NCBI RefSeq assembly: GCF_004010195.1
Contig: NC_057718.1
Location: 60,196,137 to 60,260,136, forward strand
Origin: Chiloscyllium plagiosum
Taxonomy: Eukaryota
DNA: 64,000 nt
Direction: 5' to 3'
Shown here: positions 38,041-49,271 of the stretch, piece after piece
Position numbering within the stretch: the first letter of the stretch is position 1
Layout of the letters: the number at the start of each line of letters is the position of its first letter
The notes under the pieces: model-generated
Told to the model about the DNA's origin: nothing
Seen by the model: only the letters and a program-made list of their open reading frames with translations
Databases searched by the model: none
Made by a program: the position numbers and the translations under genes

Positions 38041-38340
38041 TTAGATTAAATTAGATTACTTACAGTGTGGAAACAGGCCCTTCAGCCCAACAAGTCCACA
38101 CCGACCCGCCAAAGCGCAACCCAATCAGACCCATTCCCCTACATTTACCCCTTCACCTAACACTATGGGCAATTTAGCATTGCCAATTCACCTAACCTGC
38201 ACATTTTTGGACTGTGGGAGGAAACCGGAGCACCCGGAGGAAACCCACGCAGACACAGGGAGAATGTGCAAACTCCACACAGACAGTCGTCTGAGGCGGG
38301 AATTGAACCCGGGTCTCTGGGTCTGTGAGGCAGCAGTGCA
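38041..38340 (-). mobile_element. HE1 SINE (young)
   Basis: CpG-rich reverse copy with a (TAATC)n-type tail; extreme 5' end truncated. Confidence 0.95.
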
Positions 38341-39739
38341 GATTTTATCAAAACGTGCTTAAAAATAAAATTCAACTCTTTTTCAAGGTAATATATGTTG
38401 AAGATACTAAATCCCAGTAAAACATCATTTTTTCCTTTAATTTAAAAATTCTTAGCAAACAGACAAGGCTGTAGTTGTTTCCATTCGACAACTTTCTGCA
38501 TCTTCACCAGAAATGATTCTCCTCATTTCTCCCTGAGGCCTGCAGACACACAGGCTAACTCATTGACTTTTCTCTGACTTGACTAATTGAGGCTGCTAAA
38601 ACAGCTTGAGACTTCTTTCTAGCTCTGTTGACCTAGAGTCTTCCAACATTTAAACCAGCCTTCAGCTGGTAAGAGTCCTTTCTTCTAAAAACAACATGCT
38701 TTACTGTCTCAGCCATCTGTCTTTTCCATAGATCATAGCAGTTCCTTTGGTAAATACCCAGCAATTATCTCCCTAAGTAGATTGCTAATCATTTAATTTA
38801 ATCACCTTCTTTCTTGAAAATAATTTATTTTAACTTACTATTCCAAATGACTTTCTATTCCTTTCTTAAAGAGAAAAAAATCATACCTCCACACCATAAA
38901 ACCCATTTACCTCTACTTCAGAATCCAAGTTGCTAAATAGCAATAAACTTTAATTTTTTTTTACAATAGATCTGTTCATTCACTGGATCCAAAGGCTGTT
39001 ATAAATATTGTTCATTGTAATGGTAATGTCAGGAAAGGTACACTGCTTAAAAATCAATTAACCTTCAACTCAAGATGGCACTATGTGATTGGACAAAGAT
39101 CAATTAAGCAAGCTAATGTATGCAATGGCTATAGGCAAAGCTGAAGGCAATGCTAAAAGTGTGCACTTGCTTTTAATATAGCTGAAACAAGAGTAATTGA
39201 AAAAAAAACAATGGAAAATTAATTTTTTATTTGAATTGTTCTAAAGTAAACTCCATTTTTTCTGACTTGCTCCTGTCATTAAAATGAGGCGTTCTTGTAA
39301 AACCAAACATGCAGAAAATGAAAGGTGAGAGCTGTCTGCACCATGGAACCATTTTTTACACAGCAGCAGCTTTTATTAGATTCATCTTTCCGCAGATAAA
39401 TCTTTAAACTAATGCAGTTCTTATGAAACGATCATAAAAATTTACAGCCAGTAACTTTTGCCATTCCCTTACATAGTGTTAAAGTACTTTAACAAACCCT
39501 CGTTAATGTCTTTAATTGATTGCCTAACGAGTCATAACCATTTTCAAAAGAATTTCTGGAATGCAGGCCCTTTTAAACTAACCCTTCTATCTCTAAGAGT
39601 GAAATACTTCATGTAAAATAATAAAATACTATCACTTGGCGTATTGCCAGATTTTTAACCAACTTTAACATAAGGGGATGCAATATAAGTGAATTCTATG
39701 TAACACCTTTAAATAGTATTTTCAAAGCATTAAATATGT

Positions 39740-39842
39740 CTCTTGTGGTGCAGTAGTAGTGTCCTTTCTGCCAGAAGTCAAAATTCAAATCTAACCTGAC
39801 TGTACTAGTGTCATAATGCATTTAAAAGATTGATTCAAAATG
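39740..39842 (+). mobile_element. Short tRNA-derived SINE-like repeat (decayed)
   Basis: tgtggtgcagtagtagtgtcc...ttcaaatc...aaaagattgatt; a similar copy lies at 55292-55405. Confidence 0.45.
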
Positions 39843-41424
39843 TTGTTTAATCAACATAACCTTTACAAGATCCCAAAGCAGAAAACAAACAAAAAACTAG
39901 AAACGCATATCGATATGCTCAATATCTGTAAAAAGGGAAAAAAATCAGGTTAATCTTTGTTGCAGACCTGAATACAGATGAGGACTCATTTTTCTTTTCA
40001 GTCACTGATGACCATGCTGTACATTGTCAGAATATCTTTGTTGTAAAATTGACCTTGGCAGTATTGATTGTTTGGGCAATACAGGATCTGCTCAAGGTGG
40101 CACCCAATTTTTGAGTGTACACTTGACTGTGAATTGCACCAAACAGACACCATCTTGATGGGGCTGTTAGTGCACTCACAGCAAGCAGCCATGGTGGCAT
40201 GCAGAACAGAACAGCTTTTACACCAATTAGCTGCATCACCAATTCGATATCAACAGTGTTACTCAGGAGCAAAACACTCCAGCCAATGCTCACACTTAGC
40301 CTCACACAGTGGGACAGACATTCAGCAGCAGGAAGGAGTTGTGCCTTCCTCCCTCTAGCAATGCAATTTTAAGGGGTCATAAACTAACCAGTTCTATGAC
40401 ATGGGATGTACCAGTATTTTGGGTGTATTTTGTGCCCAAAGTGTCCCAGTTTAGAAGTATTTTATCACTGTTATGGGAGGAATACGCTGGTAATGAAGCC
40501 CCATTTACTCCACCAGTCATACTATTACTAAAAATATGTTAATTCAATTACCAAAATTGCAATTGCCAATAGACCTGAACCAGACTTCTTTAATGGATTG
40601 AAAATAATTGATTTATAATAAACAAATCTTATTCTTAAAACAATTGGCAAGCACTGGATACACCTAAACTATAATCTAGAATTAGAATCACATTGCTTAA
40701 TTGCAAGCAGAGACATACTCACATAATACAAAAGACAACATTGTCTGCAGAGAATGCATTTTTTAAAAAAATCATTAAAAATAAAAAATACCTCTGTTGG
40801 CTAGGAGTCATAAACAAAAAATAGACTTTAATGATCTCTCATGGTCTACCATGTTTTCCACTGACGAGATTGAATTGATAGCAGTTATAGATTGATGGAA
40901 GATCAGTTTGGATTGAAATCTTGCTTGATCTGAGTCCTTGTAAAATCTTTACAGTTCACCTTTTCAGGGCTTATATGATAGTCTGATATTTGAAAATGAT
41001 TATCAGGTTCCTAGGACTTCAACTGAGAGAAAGAGAGAGACATGTAGCTCCTGAATTTTCCTTACAATTACTTACATTTTTAAATTTTCATGGGGGATGT
41101 TAACCTATGTATAGACTGAAAAGTCAGATTGTAAGATATAGTCTAGAGGAGGAATTTATTGAATGTTTTCAGGACAATTTCTTTGACAAACATATTATGA
41201 TACTAACAAGAAAGCAGATTATACAAACCAGGTTTTGCCCAATGAAACAGGATTAATTACTAACTTCCTGGTGAAAGCACCTTGAGCTAGCAATGACCAT
41301 AATATGATTGAATTTTAAATACACTTTAAGGAACTGTAGATCCTACTATTTTAAACTTAAACAAGGGCAACTATGAATGCAGAACTAATGAAAGTGGAGT
41401 GGCAATTTAGCTTAAGGAATAGGC

Positions 41425-43870
41425 CCATAAGACCATAAGACATAGGAGTGGAAACAAGGTCATTCGTCCCATCGAGTCCATCCTGCCATTTAATCATGGC
41501 TGATGAGTGTTTCAATTCCACTTACGCACACACTTCCCATAGCCCTTAATTCCTTGCGAGATTAAGGAATTATCAATCTCTGTCTTGAAGACATTTAACA
41601 TCCCAGCTGCCACTGTGCTCGGTGGCAATGAATTCCACAGGCCCACCACTCTCTGGCTGAAGAAATGTCTCCTCTTTTCTGTTTTAAATTGACCCCTTCT
41701 AATTTTAAGGCTATGCCCACGGGTCCAAGTCTCCCCACCTAATGGAAACAATTTCTCAGTATCCACCCTTTCTAAGCCATGCATTAGCTTGTAATTTTAT
41801 ATTAGATCTCCCCTCAACCTTCTAAACTTTAAAGAATATAGTCCCAGGATTCTCAGCCGATCATCAAATGTTGGGCCTACCATTCCAGGGATCATCCATG
41901 TGAATCTCCGCTGGACACGCACAGTGTTAATATGTCCTTCCTGAGGTGTAGGCCCAAAATTGGACACAGTATTCTAAATGGGGCCTAACTAGAGCTTTAT
42001 AATGTCTTAGAAGCACATCACTGCTTTTATATTCCAACCCTCTTGAGATAAATGACAACATTACATTTGCTTTCTTAACCATGGACTCAACCTGCAAATG
42101 AACATTTAGAGAATCCTGGACTAGCACTCCCAGATCCCTTTGTACTTTGGCTTTATGAATTTTCTCACTGTTTAAAAAATAGTCCATGCCTGTATTTTTT
42201 TCCAAACTGCAAGACCTCGCACTTGCTCATGTTGAATTTCATCAGCCATTTCCTGGACCACTCTCCTAAACTGTCTAAATCTTCCTGCAGCCTCCTCGCC
42301 TCCTCAGTACTACCTGCCTGTCCGCCTAACTTCGTATCATTGGTGAACTTCTCCAGAATGCCCCCAGTCCCTTCATTCAGATCATTAATATATAAAGTGA
42401 ACAGCTGCAACCCCAACACTCAATCCTGCGGGACACCGCTTGTCACCAGCTGCCATTCCGAAAAAGAACCTTTTATCCTAATTCTCTGCCTTCTGTCAGA
42501 CAGCCAATCCCCAATCCATGCCAGTAGCTCACCTCGAACCCTATGGACACTTGCCTTACTCATCAACCTCCTGCGAGGCACCTTATCAAAGGCCTTTTGG
42601 AAGTCTAGGTAGATAACATCCACTGGGTTTCCCTCGTCTACCCTCCTTGTTACCTCTTCAAAGAATTTTAACAGGTTTGTCAGGCACTACCTCCCCTTAC
42701 TAAATCCATGCTGACTTGTTCTAATCCGATCCTGCACTTCCAAGAACTTAGAAATCCCATCCTTAGTGATGGATTCTAGAATTTTACTACAACCGAGGTT
42801 AGGCTAATCGGCCTATATTTTTCCACTTTTTGTCCTGATCCTTTCTTGTACAAAGGGGTTACAACAGTGATTTTCCAATCATCTGGGATTTTCCCTGACT
42901 CCAGTGATTTTTGAAAGATCACAGTCAGCACCTCTGCTATTTCCTCAGCCACCTCTCTCAGAACTCTGGGATGTAGCCCATTGGGGCTAGGAGATTTATC
43001 AATGTTTAGACCTTTTAGCTTTTCTAGTACTTTCTCTTTTGTAATGACTACCATACTCAACTTTGCCCCCTGAGTCTCCTTAATTATTGGGATATTACTC
43101 ATGACTTCCAGTGAGGACTGACAAAAAGTACTTATTAAGTTCTTCAGCTATTTCCTTAGCTCCCAGCATGAGCCTTCCAGCATTAATTTGGAGTGACCCA
43201 ATTTCTACTTTTGCCTCTTGTTTGTTTCTTATGTATTGAAAGAAATCTTTGCTATCATTTCTAACATTATTGGTGAGCTTACCTTCATATTTGATCCTCT
43301 CTTTCCCTAGGTCTCTCTTTGTTATCCTCTGTTTGTTTTTGTAGTCTTCCCAATCTTCTGATTTCCCAATGCTCTTAGCCACTTTATAGGCTCTCTCCTT
43401 TCTTTGATACATTTCCTGACATTCTTTGTCAGCCATGGCTGTCTGACCCCTCCCCGGATAATCTTTCTTTTCTTTAGGATGAACCTCTGTACTGTGTCCT
43501 CAATTACACCCCCCTGTCTTCCCCGGTAGGCTCTGTTTCCAGTCAATTTTCATCAGTTTCTCTTTCATGCCCCTGTAATTACCTTTATTTGACTGTAACA
43601 ACATTACATCCAATTTTGCCTTCTCTCTTTCAAACTGCAGACAGAACTCTATCATATTGTGATCGCTGCCTCCTAAATGTTCCCTGACTTTAAGATCTTT
43701 TATAAAGTTTGGCTCATTACATAGAACTAAGTCCAAACTGGCCTGCTCCTTATGGGCTCCATCACAAGCTGTTCCAAAAAGCCATTCTGTAAGTATTCCA
43801 TGAATTCCCTTTCTTTGGATCCACTGGCAAAATTATTTGCCCAGTTCACCTGCATATTGAAGTCCTCCAT
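41425..43870 (-). mobile_element. Younger 5'-truncated CR1 (ORF2 from EN C-terminus to 3' tail)
   Basis: A series of minus-strand ORFs: [56 protein letters not shown]. The (CTTATGGT)n tail is at 41425. Confidence 0.95.
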
Positions 43871-44400
43871 CAATAGAAAAGCTGTGCAAAAATTTAAGGG
43901 GGAATTCTAGAATACGCAAACCACATTCTAATAAATAAGGAAAATTCTAAAGGATGAGCCAGCCATTGTAGTTAACTAACAATGTCAAAGATAGCATCAA
44001 TTTTGAAGAAAATACATATAGTTATGCAAAGCTAGGTGACAGACCAGCAGAATAGACAGAATATAAAATGGCAAATAACTGTTAAAAGATTAATAAGGGA
44101 AAAATTATAGTAAGAGAGAAAATGAGCCAAAAATATAAAACATGTTAGAAAAAATATCTTCAGATATTTGAAAAAGAAGACTGAACATATTAAGTGTTGG
44201 TCCTAAAGGAAATGAATCTGGAGAATCAGCAACGAGGACAAAGAGATGGCAGACAACTTGAACAGGTATTTTGCATTGGTCTTCGTGAGAAACAATACAA
44301 GTGCAATCTCAGAAATAGCTGTAAATCCAGAAAAGAAAGGAAGGGAGGATCTCAAGAAAATTACAATTACTGGGGAAGTGAGACTGAGTAAATTCTTGAA

Positions 44401-44521
44401 AGCTCATGCCTGAAACGTTGACTCTCCTGCTCCTCGATTGCCGCCTGATCTGCTGTGCTTTTCCAATGCCACATATTTTGACTCTGACTCTCCACCATCT
44501 GCAGTCCTTACTTTCTCCTAG
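44401..44521 (+). mobile_element. Single-arm copy of the hammerhead-bearing PLE-type element
   Basis: Starts in stem II (agctcatgcctgaaacgttg) and ends ctttctcctag. It is flanked by the degenerate TSD tgagtaaatt(c/g)ttg at 44385 and 44522. Confidence 0.8.
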
Positions 44522-46209
44522 TGAGTAAATTGTTGGAACTGTGAGCTGATGAATCCCAAAGTGCTGATGGATTTTGTCCTAGTACATTAAAAGAGATAAT
44601 CGGTAAAATAGTTGATGCATTGGTTTTAATTTTCCAAAACTTGTTAGAATCAGGAGGTTTCTTTCAATTGGAAAATAACTAACATAATCCTTCATTCAAA
44701 AAGAGAAAGAAGCAGAAATTGTAGGCCAGTTAGCTCAACATTTATTTCAGAGATAATATTGGAAACTATTAATAGAGTTTTTAATCAAAGGATACTTGGA
44801 TAAGTTCAAGATAATCAGACAGACCTACCATGATGTTGTCAAAGGGAAATTGTGTTTAACTAATTTATTGGAGTTCTTTGAAGAAGTAACTTGTGTTGAA
44901 AATAAAGGAGAATCAGTTGATGTAGATTTCCAGAAGGCATTTGATAAGGTGCCACATCAGGGTTTATTGTTCATGCAGTAGTTGGAATAATATTAGCATA
45001 GAAGATTGGCTTGCTAACAGGAAGCTGGGCCCAGGAATAAACAGACCTTTTTCAGCCTAGCAGCATGCCATGAGTAGACTACAACTGGGGTCAGTGCTGG
45101 GGCATCAACACTTTCCAATTTGTGTAAATGATTTGGAACTAAAGATTTTGTAGCTAAATTTGCTGATGACATGAAGCTAGGTTGGAAACTGAATTGTGAA
45201 GTGGACATAATGAGCCTACAAAGGGATGCAGATAGGTAAAGTGAGTGGGTAAAAATCTGACAAATGGCGTACAATGTCAAAAAGTGTAAAATTGTTCATC
45301 TTGGCAGAGACAATAAAAAAAGAGGCAAATTATCCAAATTGTGAAAGGCTGCAGTGCTGTGAAATATGGAGAGGTCTGGGTGATGGATCACAGAAATATA
45401 GTTTGCAGGTACAGCAAGTAATCAGGAAAACTCATAGAATGTTATGTTTTATTGCAAGAACAGTTGAATGCAAGAGGGAGACTGTTATGTTTCAGTTGTA
45501 TAGAACATTGGTGAAAGTGCATTGGAGTATTGTATACAGTATTGGTCACTGTCCTTATGGAAGGATGTTAATACTTTGGAAGCAGTTCAGAAAATGTTTA
45601 CTAGACAAACACCCAGAATGAAGAAAGGCTAGACATGCTGGGTCTGTATCCTCTGGAGTTTAGAAGAGTCAGAGATGACTTAATTGAAACGTATAAGATC
45701 CTGAGTGGACTTGACCTGCTCGATTTTGAAAACATGTTTCCTCATGTGGGAGAATTGAGAACTTGAGGTCACAGCTTATAAATAAGAGGTCACCTATTTA
45801 AAACAGAGATGCGAAAACATGTTTCTCTCTCAGAGGATTGTGAGTCTTTAGAATTCCTTTGTACAAACGGCAGTGGATGCAAAATGTTTAAGTGTTTTTA
45901 AGGCAGAGGTATTATGAACTCTTGATTACCGAGGGAATATTGGGGATATTATTCCAGCTTTACGTTATCACTATCACAACTACCTCAACATTACTGTACT
46001 CCGAAAGTAGTCAATCCAGGATCTTGTTAACATTAACAGTTACTCCCAGATAATATTGTCAAAACTCACTCTAATCCATCACATCAAGTAATAGTCACTG
46101 CAAGACCAAATTATTGTTAATACAGGCACTCCAGTATCATACGGTTGATAACTCAGTCATTTTAATATTGTGCTACAATTAGTGGAATCATTATACCTTA
46201 AGACAATGA

Positions 46210-47450
46210 AACTATAAGAAATAGGAATAGCAGTAGGCCCTTCGGCCCTTCGCAACCCTTCTGTCATTTAATAACATCAGTGCTGCTCTGATCCTCGTCA
46301 CATTCATTTTCTTGCCCTTTCTCCACAATTCCGGATTCGCTACTGATCAACAAACTATGAATCTTAGTCTTAAATATACACAAGGACTCTGCCCTCACAG
46401 CTCCTTGTGGCAAGGAATTTCAAACACTCTCAACTGTCTGAGAGGAGAAACTCCCCTTCATCTCAATCTTAAATTGGTGCCCCTTTATTCTGAAACTACG
46501 TCGTCTCTTCGCAGGTTCTCCCATAAGAGCATTTACTATGTCAAGGCCCTTAAGAATCTGATATACTTCAATGAAATAACCTCTCATTCTTCTAATTTCC
46601 ATTGAGAAGAGTCCCAACCTGTTTAGCCTTTGCTCATAAGTCAGTCCCTCTGTACCAGGGATTATCCTAATGGACCTTCTCTGAACTGCCTCCAAGGACA
46701 AAATATCTTTTCTTAAATAAGGGGATCAAAACTGCTGACAGTATCCCAGATGTGGTCTCACTATCACCTTGTGCAGTAAGACTCCCTACACTCAAACTCC
46801 AAACTTTCTGATAGCTTTCCTGATTACCTGCTGCACCTGTGTGCTAGCTTTGTGCACAAGTATCCCCAAGTCCCTTCATGTTGTAGATTTCTGTCGTTTT
46901 TCTCCATTTAAATAATAGTCTGTTTTTTCGTTCTCCTTTTCAAAATGAACAACTTCCTGTTTTCCCACATTATACTCCCTTTACTAACGTTTTGCCCATT
47001 CAGCCTATTGATATCTGGTTGCATTCCTCTTGCAACCTACCTTCCTATCCATTTTTGTGTTCTCTGAAAATTTGACAGCAACACATCCATTTCCTTCTTT
47101 CAAGTCAGCAATATACATTGTGATGAAACAGCAACGATCCCTGTGGATACACTGGTTACAGGTCATCAACCTGAAAAAGAATCTTCTAGAACTAGCTGTT
47201 ACTTGCCCATGCGCTAATTCTCTACCCATGCCAATACATCACATCCAATATTTGGGCTGTGATAACTTACCCTTTTATGAGGTACCTCATCCAACCCTTT
47301 TGGGAATTTAAATGCAGCACATCTACTGGTCCCCCTCTAACTGCTCTGGTTGAGACTTCCTCAAAAAACTCTAATAAGCTAATCCAACATGATTTCCCTT
47401 TTGTGGAAGCCATGCTGACTTTGCTTGATTAGATTATGATTTTCTACATA
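46210..47450 (-). mobile_element. CR1 LINE 3' portion
   Basis: ORF 46420-46701(-) LEAVQRRSIRIIPG..L.YEQRLNRLGLFS, with RT motifs upstream. Confidence 0.85.
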
Positions 47451-47619
47451 CAGACAATTAGCCTGAAATTGCTACCACCACTGAATCAAACAACAACTGC
47501 ATTCATTGAGAATTCTGTAACCGATAATTGTAAACAAAGTTGAATTGTTGTCTTATAGGTTTTAATTTTGGCTATGCTTTAGGATTAAAGAAAATTTAAA
47601 TTATTTTGAATGCCTCTGG

Positions 47620-48050
47620 AAAGGTACAGTGGCAGTTTATTAGACTGTTGTTGGCAAAAAGGTTTTCAGTTGTAAGGAGAGACTGGAGAATTTAGGATTG
47701 CTCTCTTTGGAACAGAGAAGGTTAAGTGGTATCCGGAAGGAAAGCTAAGAAGTGATGAGAGTTTTTGAGAAAGCAGTGACAGAAAAGCTATTCCCTTCAG
47801 TAAGTGGGTCAATAACTGGAGGCCAAAGGTTTAAATCATTTGCAAAAGACCTAGACAGGAGTTGAGAATTCTTTTCACTCAGAGAATTGTCAGGATCTGG
47901 AATGGTCTGGCTGGAAGTTGAATCTATAAATAATTTTAAAAGAAAGTTGAGCAGGTTATGGACAAAACAAGGGTGTGTAGGACTAAAATGACTTTTCTGT
48001 CAAAGACTCAGTACTGACACAATGGCAAGTGGTCTCTTTCCTTGTCAGTT
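47620..48050 (+). mobile_element. Decayed CR1 3' end
   Basis: ERLENLGLLSLEQRRL..FTQRIVRIWNGL motifs. Confidence 0.65.
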
Positions 48051-48848
48051 TCTTTTTAATTACTTTATTAAATGCATTAAAAATCATAAAATTGGCATGA
48101 TCAAATATTGTAGGAATTGGATTGATGGAGCAATGTATCAATGGATGCTTTGACTAATAATGCTCTGACAAGGTGAAAAATATTTGTATTAAATAAATGA
48201 TAATGTATATTTTATCAAAGTTGAAGTTTTCTGAAATCTGTCTCAAATCCAAATTTTATTAAATTTTGTTGCTTGAAGTAAAAGCCCATTTAAAAAGGTC
48301 ATGCTCCAATCATCTTATGTTGAAATACTTCCTAACAAAAGGGCAGATGGGTGGGAGAGGGGGTGGGGTTGGCTTGTTAATCACAAATGAAATCAAATCG
48401 ATTGCAGAAATGATATAGAGTCAGAAGACATGGAATCTGTGTGGGTAAGGTTGAGAAAAGGTAAAAGAACCTAATGGGAGTACAAGGCCTCCTAACAGTA
48501 ATCAGGATGTGGGGCAGAAAATAATCCAGAAATAGAAAAGGCATGTGATAATGGCTCTATTATAAGAAAGACCTTATTATAATAGTCATGGGGAACTTCA
48601 ATATGCAGGTGGACTGCTGGAAGATTTCAAGAAAAGGAATTTGTAGAGTGTCGACGAGATTTATTTTCTTTTTGGAGCAGCTTGTGGCAGAGTCCACTGT
48701 GGAATGGGTGATTCTGGATTGGGTGATGTGTGATGAGTTAGACTTGATTAATGAGCTTAAGGTGAAGGAACCCTAGGAGGCAGTGACCATATTATGATAG
48801 AATTTACCCTGCGGTTTGAGAGAGAGAAGCTGGAATCAAACGTAGCTG

Positions 48849-49032
48849 NNNNNNNNNNNNNNNNNNNNNNNNNNNNNNNNNNNNNNNNNNNNNNNNNNNN
48901 NNNNNNNNNNNNNNNNNNNNNNNNNNNNNNNNNNNNNNNNNNNNNNNNNNNNNNNNNNNNNNNNNNNNNNNNNNNNNNNNNNNNNNNNNNNNNNNNNNNN
49001 NNNNNNNNNNNNNNNNNNNNNNNNNNNNNNNN
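48849..49032. other. Assembly gap (N run)
   Basis: Ns in the sequence. Confidence 1.
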
Positions 49033-49271
49033 CCTGCAGTCTTCTTCTTGCCCTCTCCGCCTCCACCCTACTCCGACCTATCACCCTCACCTTGACCTCT
49101 TTCCACCTATCACATTTCCAACGCCCCTCCTCCAAGTCCCTCCTCCCTACCTTTTATCTTCTCCTGCTGAACACTCTCTGCTCATTCCTGAAGAAGGGCC
49201 TGTGCCCGAAACATCGAATCTCCTGTTCCCTGGATGCTGCCTGACCTGCTGTGCTGTTCCAGCAATAAAGT
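49033..49271 (+). mobile_element. 3' end of a longer PLE-type element (pyrimidine-rich tract + terminal repeat)
   Basis: A C/T-rich tract followed by the same terminal-repeat sequence as the palindromes (ggatgctgcctgacctgctgtgctgttccagc). Confidence 0.75.
49184..49219 (+). ncRNA. Minimal type I hammerhead ribozyme motif
   Basis: ATTC-CTGAAGA-A-GGGC-CTGT-GCCC-GAAAC-ATC-GAAT: perfect stem I (ATTC/GAAT), stem II (GGGC/GCCC) and both core boxes. Helix III is ACAT, a CpG-decayed ACGT. Confidence 0.8.

Larger units (their letters stand above)
41080..45950 (+). mobile_element. Old CR1 (EN to 3' region), split by an antisense CR1 and a PLE-type half-element
   Basis: EN motifs at 41085-41420 resume at 43871 and continue through the RT motifs (CLTNLLEFFEEVT, DFQKAFDKVPH, FADD). 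Confidence 0.85.

Noticed and set aside
39998..40305. Possible PIF/Harbinger transposase remnants (SQSSVH here; PGCSLHDS near 775; LPVP near 1682)
   Set aside because: Only 4-7 residue resemblances, with no collinear DDE motifs or TIRs; a profile search would be needed.
40469..41076. Possible solo LTR (TGTTA...TTACA)
   Set aside because: No TSD, no second copy and no interrupted host element to define boundaries.
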